Below are positions 17,877 through 27,093 of a DNA stretch of 64,000 nt, piece after piece. Within the stretch, counting starts at the first letter, position 1. The number at the start of each line of letters is the position of its first letter. The translations under genes and the position numbers were made by a program. This DNA comes from a virus. The notes under the pieces are model-generated. The model saw only the letters and a list, made by a program, of their open reading frames with translations. It had not been told where the DNA came from and made no database searches. Where the stretch lies: the IMG/VR virus record IMGVR_UViG_3300027860_000007, positions 1-64,000 of that record, one strand, 5' to 3'.

Positions 17877-19253
17877 ATGAAGTTATTGGATTTATTTGAG
17901 TCAGTTAAAGAAGCTGTTTTATATCATGCAACAAATTTGGAATGTATTAGTAATATACTAACTTCAAATAGTTTAAGAGCAGATACTAATCATATTGAAA
18001 GTCTTATAAATCCAAGTTTAAAAAGCAACAAAATGATTTCTGGTGTCAGTCTTACTAGAGATAAAAAATTTGCTGATGAATGGGCAGACGTTATTCTTGT
18101 ATTAGACTTAAATAAACTAAGACAAAATTATAAAATTAAGCAAGTTTCATATTTTAATGATGGTGAAACCGTTGACCGTACTGAAAGTGAAGAATTTATT
18201 ATTGGTAATATCAATAACTTAGATCGTTATCTTGTTGATATATATTTTCCTAAGAGATTAGAAAAAAATTATACGAATATTGCATGGGTCGAAAAAAATA
18301 TAAAACCATACCCAAAAGAATACGAAGGCTGGAAATCATTAGCTAACAATAAATTTTTTAAGAATAAAATTAATGAAAGTCTATTAGAATCAAAAAGTGC
18401 AAATCTTTATCATTCGACAGCTATAAGACATGCTATAAAAATAATTGAAGAAAATTATATAAAAGATGCAACACCGCATATAATTAATGATAAAACACAA
18501 AATGGCGTTTCCCTTACTAGAGATATAAACTTTGCAAAATTATGGAAAACTGATTATATTCGTGTTATATTCTGTTTTGATCAACAAAAATTATCTCAAA
18601 GATATAAAATATTACCTATTGATTATTTTAGCATAAATGACATAGATGAAGCAGGCAATGATGATATAATTGCTGATGAATTCAGAAGGAGAGACAAATA
18701 TGCAGAAGCAGAAGAATTTGTAATTGGTGCTATATCGCCTGTAGATAAATATTTGAAAGCAATCTATATAACACAAGACTGTAAAAAATATCTAGAAGAT
18801 GGTACTAGAAGTAGTAACCCTAGCGTAATTTTAAATCATCCAAAATTAAGAATTATTGACAATAAAATGGGTGTAAGAGTCAATGAAAGCAATAATCAAT
18901 TAGAATTTCAAGAAAGAATGATAGCAGCTCAAGAATTAAAAGATAAAGTAATCGAAACTCGCCAAAAATTACAAATTGATGGAAATGGCTATATTACTTT
19001 ATACCATGCAACTAGCGAAAAAAATGCTCAATCTATTATGAATAATGGAAAGTTTCATAGCCAATCTTTTTTTGCTCCATCAAAGGCTCAAACTTTACCT
19101 CATGCAAGGCCAAAACATGGTAAAGATACAATAACAATTTCAATAAAAGTAGATCCAAGAGATATTGAATTTAGTACAGGTACTGGTGAATTTTACTGTC
19201 CGCATGAACTTATCCGCAATGAATATGGCATTTGGGAAACAACTTCTCTATGA
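17877..19253 (+). CDS. Putative virion-internal polyprotein with three ADP-ribosyltransferase-like domains
   Basis: Leader MKLLDLFE; 2x LYH(A/S)T..GVSLTRD..FA..E(S/A)EEF; third TLYHATS domain; linkers INESLLES and VNES. Confidence 0.65.
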   Translation: MKLLDLFESVKEAVLYHATNLECISNILTSNSLRADTNHIESLINPSLKSNKMISGVSLTRDKKFADEWADVILVLDLNKLRQNYKIKQVSYFNDGETVDRTESEEFIIGNINNLDRYLVDIYFPKRLEKNYTNIAWVEKNIKPYPKEYEGWKSLANNKFFKNKINESLLESKSANLYHSTAIRHAIKIIEENYIKDATPHIINDKTQNGVSLTRDINFAKLWKTDYIRVIFCFDQQKLSQRYKILPIDYFSINDIDEAGNDDIIADEFRRRDKYAEAEEFVIGAISPVDKYLKAIYITQDCKKYLEDGTRSSNPSVILNHPKLRIIDNKMGVRVNESNNQLEFQERMIAAQELKDKVIETRQKLQIDGNGYITLYHATSEKNAQSIMNNGKFHSQSFFAPSKAQTLPHARPKHGKDTITISIKVDPRDIEFSTGTGEFYCPHELIRNEYGIWETTSL

Positions 19254-19786
19254 AAGTTAAAGAATTACTAGAACAATTAACTATCTTAAATGAAAATAAC
19301 AGAGCAGATATTTACCATTCGACTCCTTATTATCATGCAATAAGCATTTTACAAACAAATATTATGCGAGCAGAAACCTCTCATAAAATTAATGGTAAAA
19401 AAGTTTATGGATGTTCTTTTACTAGAGATTTAAACTTTGCAAAAAATTGGGGGTTTAGAAGTAATTTGCCTATAATTTTTGATGTGGACTTTAACAAATT
19501 AAATCAAAATTATAAGATTACACCAATAAATTATTTTAATCAATCTATTCCAAATGATAAAGAATCTGCAATTTTAAGACAAGGTGCTGAAGCAGAAGCA
19601 GAAGAATTTGTAATTGGCAAAATATCTAATTTTAATAACTATTTAAAAGAAATTTTAATTACAAAATTAACTCATATAGCTTTACTTGATTTAAAAAACA
19701 ACGGTGATGATATTGATGATAATAATATTTTAAGAGCCGATCTTTACACTATTTTAAATCATCCAAAATTAAGAATTATCAATTAA
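19250..19786 (+). CDS. Putative virion-internal ADP-ribosyltransferase-like protein
   Basis: ATGA-coupled start MKVKELLEQLTILNE; IYHST..GCSFTRD..EAEEF. Confidence 0.65.
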   Translation: MKVKELLEQLTILNENNRADIYHSTPYYHAISILQTNIMRAETSHKINGKKVYGCSFTRDLNFAKNWGFRSNLPIIFDVDFNKLNQNYKITPINYFNQSIPNDKESAILRQGAEAEAEEFVIGKISNFNNYLKEILITKLTHIALLDLKNNGDDIDDNNILRADLYTILNHPKLRIIN

Positions 19787-19825
19787 ATCTTTATTTTTGA
19801 TTAAAATTATGCTATAATAAAGCAT

Positions 19826-20821
19826 ATGAGTATTTTTCAAGATTTTATTAACAGTGTATTGCCATTTGCTAAAAATAAACCAAATGGTTGGAAAAATGTA
19901 AATTGTGTTGCTTGCATTCACCGAGGCGAAACCACGCCAGATCAAAAATTACGTTTAGGATTTCTCCACGAACCAAATGGTTCTGTTAGGATTTCATGTT
20001 TTAGATGTGCATTCTATGCTAATTGGTCTCCAGGAATGCTCATATCAAATAAGTTAAAACAACTTTTTTCTTGGCTTAACATAGATGAGGTCGAAGTTAA
20101 AAATTTAGAGTTAGGTTGTCTAAAGTTAAAAAATGATTATGACATTTATGAAGAAAATAGTTTTGATGATGAAGTAATAGATTTTAAAGTTATTCTTCCA
20201 CCAAAAAGCAACTCTTTTACTTATTGGAGTAACCATACAAATATACCAAGTGAGTTTATTAACAGTTTGGAATATCTAATTAATAGAAATGAAAAGTTAA
20301 TATATTGGTTTAATGATTGGAATTGGAGTCCAGAATTGCCAAATCACATTATAATGCCAATATATCATTACGGTCAATTAGTTGGTTATACTGCAAGAAA
20401 TATTGATGTAAATTCTAACGCAAAATATTTACTTCATAAAACAGAAAAAACACTCTTTAATATTGATTTAGTAACACACCCTACTAGAAAAAAAATAATA
20501 TTAGTTGAGGGTCCATTAGATGCTATTGCCATATCTGGCGTAGCAATATTAGGAAATACTATAACAAAACATCAGCAAGATATATTAAAAGGTTCAGATA
20601 AAGAAATTATAGTATTACCAGATAGAGATGCTGGTGGTCAAAAACTTATAGATTCTGCTATAAAAAATAATTGGAGTGTTAGTCTTCCAAATTATGATAC
20701 AAGCTGTAAAGATGCTTTAGACTTGGTTAATAAGTATGGAAGGATAATGGCGATAAAAATGATATTTGACTCCGTCATATCAAATAGTATATTATTAGAT
20801 ATAGAGAGAAAAAAATGGTAA
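19826..20821 (+). CDS. DNA primase (Zn finger + TOPRIM)
   Basis: CVACIHRG..CFRC, VEGPLD, PDRD; upstream of helicase. Confidence 0.9.
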   Translation: MSIFQDFINSVLPFAKNKPNGWKNVNCVACIHRGETTPDQKLRLGFLHEPNGSVRISCFRCAFYANWSPGMLISNKLKQLFSWLNIDEVEVKNLELGCLKLKNDYDIYEENSFDDEVIDFKVILPPKSNSFTYWSNHTNIPSEFINSLEYLINRNEKLIYWFNDWNWSPELPNHIIMPIYHYGQLVGYTARNIDVNSNAKYLLHKTEKTLFNIDLVTHPTRKKIILVEGPLDAIAISGVAILGNTITKHQQDILKGSDKEIIVLPDRDAGGQKLIDSAIKNNWSVSLPNYDTSCKDALDLVNKYGRIMAIKMIFDSVISNSILLDIERKKW

Positions 20822-20824
20822 AAA

Positions 20825-22207
20825 ATGAATAACGATCTAGAAAAACAGCATTTAATAATAGAGGCGTTACTCTCTAATAGTGAGCTTTATGGTAGATGCC
20901 AAAGCATTATAGAACCTATTTATTTTCATAAGCAATATCAAAAATCTGTTAAATTTATTAAAGAATTTACAGAAAAATACAAAGCTATGCCTACAGTAGA
21001 GCAACTTAAGGCGGAAACATCAACTGAATATGTTTTATTAGGTGAAATTAATAAAGAACATCAAAATTATTTTTTAGATGAAATTGAAATTTTTTGTAAG
21101 CAACAAGCATTAACCCAAGCTATATTAAAAGGTAGTGAACTTATTGAAAAAAACGATGGCGGTGCTATAGAAAAACTTATTAAAGATGCTTTATTGGTTG
21201 GTTTAACGAAAGAATTGGGAACAGATTATTTTGATAATCCAAAAGAGCGATTGTTAAATATGAAAAATTCTAATGGAAAGCTAAGTACAGGTTGGAAAAC
21301 TTTAGATAAAGAATTATATAACGTAAATCGTAAAGAAATTTTAATATTTTGTGGCGGATCAGGTGCAGGTAAAAGTGTAGTATTGGCAAATATAGCTATT
21401 AACATGGCAGCACAAAATCTTAATTGTGTATATTTTACGCTTGAACTAAGTGAAGAATTAGTGAGTATGCGATTAGATTGTATGATTGCAGGCGTAAAAA
21501 GTGCAGATGTCTATAAAAAATTAGATGATGTTGATGCAAAAGTAAGAAAAACTGGAAAAATATCAGGAAATATTACTGTAAAAAGAATGCCATCAAACTC
21601 AAGAACTATTGATTTACGAGAATATTTGCATGAATATAAAATACAAAAAGGATTTAATCCAGATGTTATCATTGTAGATTATATTGACATTATGATGCCT
21701 AACGATAAAAGAATATCCCCAAATGATTTATTTGTCAAAGATAAGTACGTTACAGAAGAATTAAGAGCATTAGCTATTGAGTATAATGCTTTCTTACCAA
21801 CCGCCTCACAATTAGGTCGTAGTAGCGTAGATAGCTCAGATTTCAATCATGCACATATCGCTGGGGGTATATCAAAAATTAATACTGCGGATAATGTAAT
21901 AGGTATTTTTAATAGTGCAAGAAGCAGGGATAGAAGTGAAATTGAATTCCAACTTATGAAAACTAGAAATAGTGGTGGATTAGATAAGAAAATAACTTTG
22001 CATTATGACATAGAAACCTTAAGAATAACTGATTTAGACGAAACAGCAAATTCAGTTTCTTCACAAAGCAATAGCGTTTTAGACAAAATTCATAATAGAG
22101 CAGTTATAGATCAACCAGCAGATATGAAAGAAAATTCTTCTAATGGAAGTTCACCAGAAAATAGAAGTGCAGCTTTACAAGCATTATTAGCAAAAACTAA
22201 AAGATAA
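20825..22207 (+). CDS. Replicative DnaB/gp41-like helicase
   Basis: STGW, GGSGAGKS, FTLEL, IVDYID, TASQLGR, KTRN. Confidence 0.95.
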   Translation: MNNDLEKQHLIIEALLSNSELYGRCQSIIEPIYFHKQYQKSVKFIKEFTEKYKAMPTVEQLKAETSTEYVLLGEINKEHQNYFLDEIEIFCKQQALTQAILKGSELIEKNDGGAIEKLIKDALLVGLTKELGTDYFDNPKERLLNMKNSNGKLSTGWKTLDKELYNVNRKEILIFCGGSGAGKSVVLANIAINMAAQNLNCVYFTLELSEELVSMRLDCMIAGVKSADVYKKLDDVDAKVRKTGKISGNITVKRMPSNSRTIDLREYLHEYKIQKGFNPDVIIVDYIDIMMPNDKRISPNDLFVKDKYVTEELRALAIEYNAFLPTASQLGRSSVDSSDFNHAHIAGGISKINTADNVIGIFNSARSRDRSEIEFQLMKTRNSGGLDKKITLHYDIETLRITDLDETANSVSSQSNSVLDKIHNRAVIDQPADMKENSSNGSSPENRSAALQALLAKTKR

Positions 22208-22211
22208 TTTT

Positions 22212-22219
22212 TATAAATA
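22212..22219 (+). promoter_or_regulatory. T4-like late promoter TATAAATA
   Basis: Exact consensus 6 nt upstream of ATG 22226. Confidence 0.65.
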
Positions 22220-22225
22220 ATCTTT

Positions 22226-22963
22226 ATGAAAGTTAAAGAATTATTACATAAATTTAATATCTTAAATGAAAATGGTAGTAGAGCTTATAATGCTTTACAT
22301 TTTGTAACAGATTTTTCAAAAATAGAATCTAAATTAATAAAAAATCCTGATGAATATAAAAGCATTTCAAAACTTCCAGTTGAAAGCGAGGCATTTCAAA
22401 AACTTAATAGAGATGAATATAAGCAATGGATAAAAGATGATGGTACTTTAACGCCTTTGGGAAAAAAGAATATTACTAATTGGATTGAAGAATATAATTC
22501 TAAATTACTTAAAGATACAGAACAAACTCAAAAGACTCAATTTATCAATAAAATTTTTAACCAATATGAAAAACAAATAAAAAATTTTCATAAAGAACAA
22601 AATATTGATTTTACACCATTACCTGAAAAAGATTTTGTGGGTGGAAAACCAATATACAAATCTACTAAATATTTCCGTGGGCAAAAACCTTCTGAATATC
22701 GTTTGATAATGGTTGGGGATGAGCCAGCTCTTGCCAGAAAAGCAGATCATTGGGGGGCTTTTACTTCAAATATAAAAAGTGTTGAAGACGCCGTTAATTC
22801 TGGAAAATATACAAAAGAGGAAGCTGAAGAATTACAATTACAAGACCCATTTGGAAGAATAGGATCAAAATTACATAACTGGAATTTAGTTGGCAGTGAC
22901 AACACAAGTAAAAAAGTACAAATAGGCTATGTAAAATTAGCTGATATTTTAAAAAATAAATAA
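22226..22963 (+). CDS. Leader-family putative virion-internal protein
   Basis: MKVKELLHKFNILNEN leader nearly identical to 19250 gene; unrelated body. Confidence 0.65.
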   Translation: MKVKELLHKFNILNENGSRAYNALHFVTDFSKIESKLIKNPDEYKSISKLPVESEAFQKLNRDEYKQWIKDDGTLTPLGKKNITNWIEEYNSKLLKDTEQTQKTQFINKIFNQYEKQIKNFHKEQNIDFTPLPEKDFVGGKPIYKSTKYFRGQKPSEYRLIMVGDEPALARKADHWGAFTSNIKSVEDAVNSGKYTKEEAEELQLQDPFGRIGSKLHNWNLVGSDNTSKKVQIGYVKLADILKNK

Positions 22964-22993
22964 GATATATAAAAGTTAAAGAATTATTACATA
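22955..22993 (+). repeat. Ghost copy of late promoter + leader sequence (22-bp direct repeat of 22229-22250)
   Basis: aaagttaaagaattattacata at 22229 and 22972; ATG replaced by ATA; AATAAATA at same spacing. Confidence 0.85.
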
Positions 22994-23382
22994 TTGCTTA
23001 ATGCTTTTTCAATTTTAATTTTTCTATCTTTCATTATTTTAGGAAATTTGCCTCCTAATTTTGCTTCTTGTTCATTATAATCTTGAAGTAAATCTATTAA
23101 TTGCTTTTTATTTAATCTTGTAGGATTATTTTTTGCTTCTTCAGATTGATATGATTCTTCCTCTTTCATTCGCTGATACTCAGAAAAAGCAGAACATGAA
23201 GAATTAACTCCTATTCCACTTATCTTATCAATTTCCCAATCATGAGAATATTTGTTCAAATATACATCTATTGCCTTAGATGCTTCTTCAGCAGTGTTAA
23301 AAACTCCAAGGATTTCTATAGTTCCTTTTTCATTTTCATGCCTATAATCAGCATCAATGCCCCAATAAGTTACAACAAACAT
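22987..23382 (-). CDS. Hypothetical protein
   Basis: AGGAG RBS; ILGVFNTAEEA small phage domain. Confidence 0.7.
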   Translation of the reverse strand: MFVVTYWGIDADYRHENEKGTIEILGVFNTAEEASKAIDVYLNKYSHDWEIDKISGIGVNSSCSAFSEYQRMKEEESYQSEEAKNNPTRLNKKQLIDLLQDYNEQEAKLGGKFPKIMKDRKIKIEKALSNM

Positions 23383-23433
23383 ATAAATCTCCTAAATTTT
23401 GTAATTTCACAGTAATATATTTATATGCGAAAG

Positions 23434-23949
23434 TCAACTAAAAAGTTTTGTTTCAATTTTTGCAATATATATCTTGGCTTTTACATATTCAGTCAAGGTT
23501 GGTTTTCTTGGTTTATTTTTAAGTGTAAATTTGCAAGATTTTAAACTTTTATTGCCTTTACTGTGATTACAGCTTTTACATGATGCTACACAATTATCCC
23601 AATTACTTTTGCCTCCTTGACTAGAAGGTATTACATGATCAACTGTTAAATCCTTTTCAGAACCGCAATATTGGCAAATAAAAAAATCTCTTATTAGGAT
23701 ATTTTTTCTAGTAAAACTTACTTGTGCTTTAAAAACACTTTTAACAAAATTGGTTAATTTTATTACTTTTGGAATATTAAATGATTTGTTACCTTCAAAA
23801 TTTTGAACAAACACATCAGATTTTTCAACAATTTCTGCACGTTCTTTTAGTAATAGATTAAAAGCTCTTTGCCATTTTATTAATGAAATGGGACTATAGT
23901 CGCTATTTAAAACTATTACTTGACGTGTTGTCATTGCAAATCTCAACAA
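23434..23949 (-). CDS. HNH endonuclease
   Basis: VLNSDY, RD...CQYCG..LTVDHVIP.SQGGK..WDNCVASCKSCN..K. Confidence 0.9.
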   Translation of the reverse strand: MLRFAMTTRQVIVLNSDYSPISLIKWQRAFNLLLKERAEIVEKSDVFVQNFEGNKSFNIPKVIKLTNFVKSVFKAQVSFTRKNILIRDFFICQYCGSEKDLTVDHVIPSSQGGKSNWDNCVASCKSCNHSKGNKSLKSCKFTLKNKPRKPTLTEYVKAKIYIAKIETKLFS

Positions 23950-24003
23950 TATAATTATATAAATTCAATTATATCAGAATTTATATGCTTAATCAAGAGA
24001 TAA

Positions 24004-24636
24004 TTAAACTTTTTTTACAAATTCAAGAAGTTGATGTTTAACAGTTAACGCATTGGTTTTAGCTTCATTAAAACGGGTTTCTAGTAAAGCGTCTCTAGAT
24101 GTATCATTTTTTACTTGTCTACTAAAACTTACTGCATCACTATAATGTTTTTTGTATTTGTCTTCAAACTCAAGTATTTGCCTTATTTGTGGAGAATAAA
24201 AACTATGTCCACCATTTAGCATTTTGGTTATTGCGTTTGCACCTTCAGAAAGATGTAATCCTTCTACAATTTTTTGTCCACTAACTTGATCTGCAATAGT
24301 GTATCTTGTTTTTCCTGCTTGATTTGCTAAAGGAAATACTGCATACTTTACACTTTGCATAGCAGTTGGAAACCCAGAATAATTTTGTTGTTGTGGTGCT
24401 TGAGGTTGAGCAGCATATGTTTCGTAAAGATTTTGAGAGTTTGCCGTAGGAGCATGATAATAAACTTCATTTATCATATTTGATGATGCTGACATATTGG
24501 ATGCCATACTTCTAGCAATATCTTGGATACAAGCATCAAACCCTGTTAATGCTTTCTTGATGTCTTTTCTTGCATCCGCATCAACTTGATATTGCTTAAA
24601 GTCTAAATTAGTATTAAATGATTCATTAATTTCCAT
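24004..24636 (-). CDS. Late hypothetical (probable virion) protein
   Basis: TATAAATA upstream; starts MEINESF. Confidence 0.6.
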   Translation of the reverse strand: MEINESFNTNLDFKQYQVDADARKDIKKALTGFDACIQDIARSMASNMSASSNMINEVYYHAPTANSQNLYETYAAQPQAPQQQNYSGFPTAMQSVKYAVFPLANQAGKTRYTIADQVSGQKIVEGLHLSEGANAITKMLNGGHSFYSPQIRQILEFEDKYKKHYSDAVSFSRQVKNDTSRDALLETRFNEAKTNALTVKHQLLEFVKKV

Positions 24637-24669
24637 GATTGACGTAACTCCTTGTATTTTACTTTACTT

Positions 24670-24677
24670 TATTTATA
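24670..24677 (-). promoter_or_regulatory. T4-like late promoter TATAAATA
   Basis: Exact consensus in short intergenic gap. Confidence 0.6.
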
Positions 24678-24681
24678 GCTC

Positions 24682-25710
24682 TTAATTTCTCATAGCTTGT
24701 ATTAATTTTATATCTACTATTGGATCTAACACTACAATTTCTCCATTACTATCTTGCATAAAATTTCTAGCTCCTAAATCAACACTTAAATCATCTGGAT
24801 CAAAATTAAGTAAAAATTCAAACATTTCAGTTAATATGCTATCTGGATATGTTTCAATAAATTTGTTATATAAATCTATTTTTGCATAACCCTTATATCC
24901 CCAATAAGCATTACTATGAAATTTATTCCAAATATCTATTTCTCTATTAACAATTTTTTTATTATTTGCATCTAATTTATATAATTTAGGAAGTTTTAAA
25001 ACATAAACAACAAAATCTCGTACTTTAATTTTAGAATGTCCTAAGGCTTCCAAAGTGTCAACATGATCTCCTAATCGTAAACCCATATAACCAGTTAGCC
25101 AATCTTGTTTAAATCTATCTCTAGTAAACATAGTTACAGTTCCATCACCATTATCAAGAACTAAGCTAGTCATTCCTTTTCCCAATTTTGGTAAATTTTT
25201 ATATATTTCTGGAAGACTTTTATAATGAACAGCACAAGGAACTGCTTCGTTAATTTTAATTATTGATTTTTCTATTAGAGATTCCATCATCTGATGAAGA
25301 CTCATTTCGCTTTCTTGAATACCAACTGCACCAAAACCATTTAGTTCTGCGTGTTTTTGCATCAATGCTATAGGAGTCATATTTAAAGTATCTTGAATGA
25401 CTTTAGAAGTAACTGGATCAATAAGTCCTAACATCATTCTTCTTTGCCAAGCATTAAGCTCACATATTAAATTTTTGCTTGGGTTTCCAGATTTCATTTC
25501 ATGAATATTTTTTACTGCTTCTAACACTTCTGGATCATCAACCCCATTAGTAGTATTATAAATTTCATGAACTTTTTCATTATCTTCTTGATTAACAGCA
25601 TTTGTTAAATTTACAAGTTCGGATAAATCAAGTTTTTCTAAAAAATCATGAACCAATTCATCAGAAATATCTAATATATCTTTAAGTTTTTCGTTAATAT
25701 CGTTTTCCAT
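24682..25710 (-). CDS. Acidic N-region + protein kinase-like domain
   Basis: LGKGMTSLV Gly loop, DLGARNFM catalytic loop, VVLDP; preceded by IQES/MMES/INEA linkers. Confidence 0.65.
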   Translation of the reverse strand: MENDINEKLKDILDISDELVHDFLEKLDLSELVNLTNAVNQEDNEKVHEIYNTTNGVDDPEVLEAVKNIHEMKSGNPSKNLICELNAWQRRMMLGLIDPVTSKVIQDTLNMTPIALMQKHAELNGFGAVGIQESEMSLHQMMESLIEKSIIKINEAVPCAVHYKSLPEIYKNLPKLGKGMTSLVLDNGDGTVTMFTRDRFKQDWLTGYMGLRLGDHVDTLEALGHSKIKVRDFVVYVLKLPKLYKLDANNKKIVNREIDIWNKFHSNAYWGYKGYAKIDLYNKFIETYPDSILTEMFEFLLNFDPDDLSVDLGARNFMQDSNGEIVVLDPIVDIKLIQAMRN

Positions 25711-25728
25711 TATAAACCTTTTTTATAC

Positions 25729-27093
25729 CTATTTATGTTTATTTTCAATTTGTAATTTTGGATTAATGCTATAAAAATCTTTCTTACGCATTATTGTTTT
25801 GGTAACTAAATCCCATTCTTTAGTTCTATCGTTCCATTTTAATACAAAAGGGATATTTAGTAAGGTTGAAATATCACTAAAAACAGCCTCAAAATCATTT
25901 GGTGCATAAGATAATTGCTTAGCATATTTTTTATATGCTCCCACAAATATTTTTGTCAATTCTTTATAAGTTATAGGACTTATGTTTCGTGGATCAAAAA
26001 TTCTTTCTTTAAAATGATTAGAAAAAATCACATCAATATTTGCTTTATGAAATAAATTATCAATTTCTTTCTCAAGGATTTTTAATGATTGAATATTGAT
26101 GGAATCTTTACTTAAAACATATTCATTAATTATTTCTTCTGATTCTCTCATATTTTTGGTAATAACTCCAGTTTTTAAAAACTTAAAAAAAGAATTACCT
26201 CTTAATTCATCATGATTACTTAACTTTTTATCATTCAAAAATAAAACTGCATCAGGAATTTCTCCATTTTTTTCTAATGATTTATAAAATAATGAAACTC
26301 CTCTAGCTATAATGTTTGTTCCGTTTCCATCTGCATAAAACTCACCTCCTTGATTACCATATTCATAACCAAGCCTTACCCAACCATGTTCATAAAAATC
26401 TTCTATAACAGTATCACTATATTCTTTTCTTTGATAATTTTCTTTTTCATTTCCACATATTTTTATAAAGTCATCATTTGACACATAATCAAAAAGATAT
26501 TCTGTGTGATGAAGACCTTCAGGTATTAAATGTAATTTTCTATTAACGGAATCGTACCATGCTTTATAAGTGTCAATTCCATTAATTACACTTTCATTTA
26601 CTGATTCTTTTTGATATACTTTTTGAACATTATCATCTAAAATTTTAATAGTTCCATTTGCAATTTCTTGTCTAAAATTTATTTTTATGTTTGGATCAAA
26701 CTGTCCTATCCAAATGTTTGGAATATCTTTTAACGAATATTTCCTACTCCAAGGTGATAATCTTATTGCTACTTCATAATCCTTATCACCATTCTGCATT
26801 GCTGCAAATGCTCTTGACCTGCCATCATGCCTATCAACAAAGCCAGTAGGTACATCTATATCTAAAAAAGGATGTATAGTTATTTTGCTATTATCAATAT
26901 CTTTTTGGTACTGTTCTTTTGATAATGCCTTATCTTTAACCATATTCAGACTTATGCTATGCTCTTTATAGCTTGTGGTTAAATCTAAAAACATTTTAGG
27001 AGGCATTGTAATGATAATAGTTGCTTTTTCATCCAAAGCATTTCTTTTTTGTTTTTGACTTAGGTTATATTCTAGTAACTCAATAACTTTCAT
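25729..27093 (-). CDS. Leader-family three-domain polyprotein (ParB-like / unknown / RelE-BECR-like)
   Basis: MKVIELLE; HDGRSRA; linker KESVNES; HH..GWVRL; linker MRESEEIINE; FSNHFKER..KTIMRK. Confidence 0.55.
   Translation of the reverse strand: MKVIELLEYNLSQKQKRNALDEKATIIITMPPKMFLDLTTSYKEHSISLNMVKDKALSKEQYQKDIDNSKITIHPFLDIDVPTGFVDRHDGRSRAFAAMQNGDKDYEVAIRLSPWSRKYSLKDIPNIWIGQFDPNIKINFRQEIANGTIKILDDNVQKVYQKESVNESVINGIDTYKAWYDSVNRKLHLIPEGLHHTEYLFDYVSNDDFIKICGNEKENYQRKEYSDTVIEDFYEHGWVRLGYEYGNQGGEFYADGNGTNIIARGVSLFYKSLEKNGEIPDAVLFLNDKKLSNHDELRGNSFFKFLKTGVITKNMRESEEIINEYVLSKDSINIQSLKILEKEIDNLFHKANIDVIFSNHFKERIFDPRNISPITYKELTKIFVGAYKKYAKQLSYAPNDFEAVFSDISTLLNIPFVLKWNDRTKEWDLVTKTIMRKKDFYSINPKLQIENKHK

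Noticed and set aside
23434-23949. HNH gene as an intron-borne homing element
   Set aside because: Free-standing and interrupts no gene; looks like the common stand-alone HNH family
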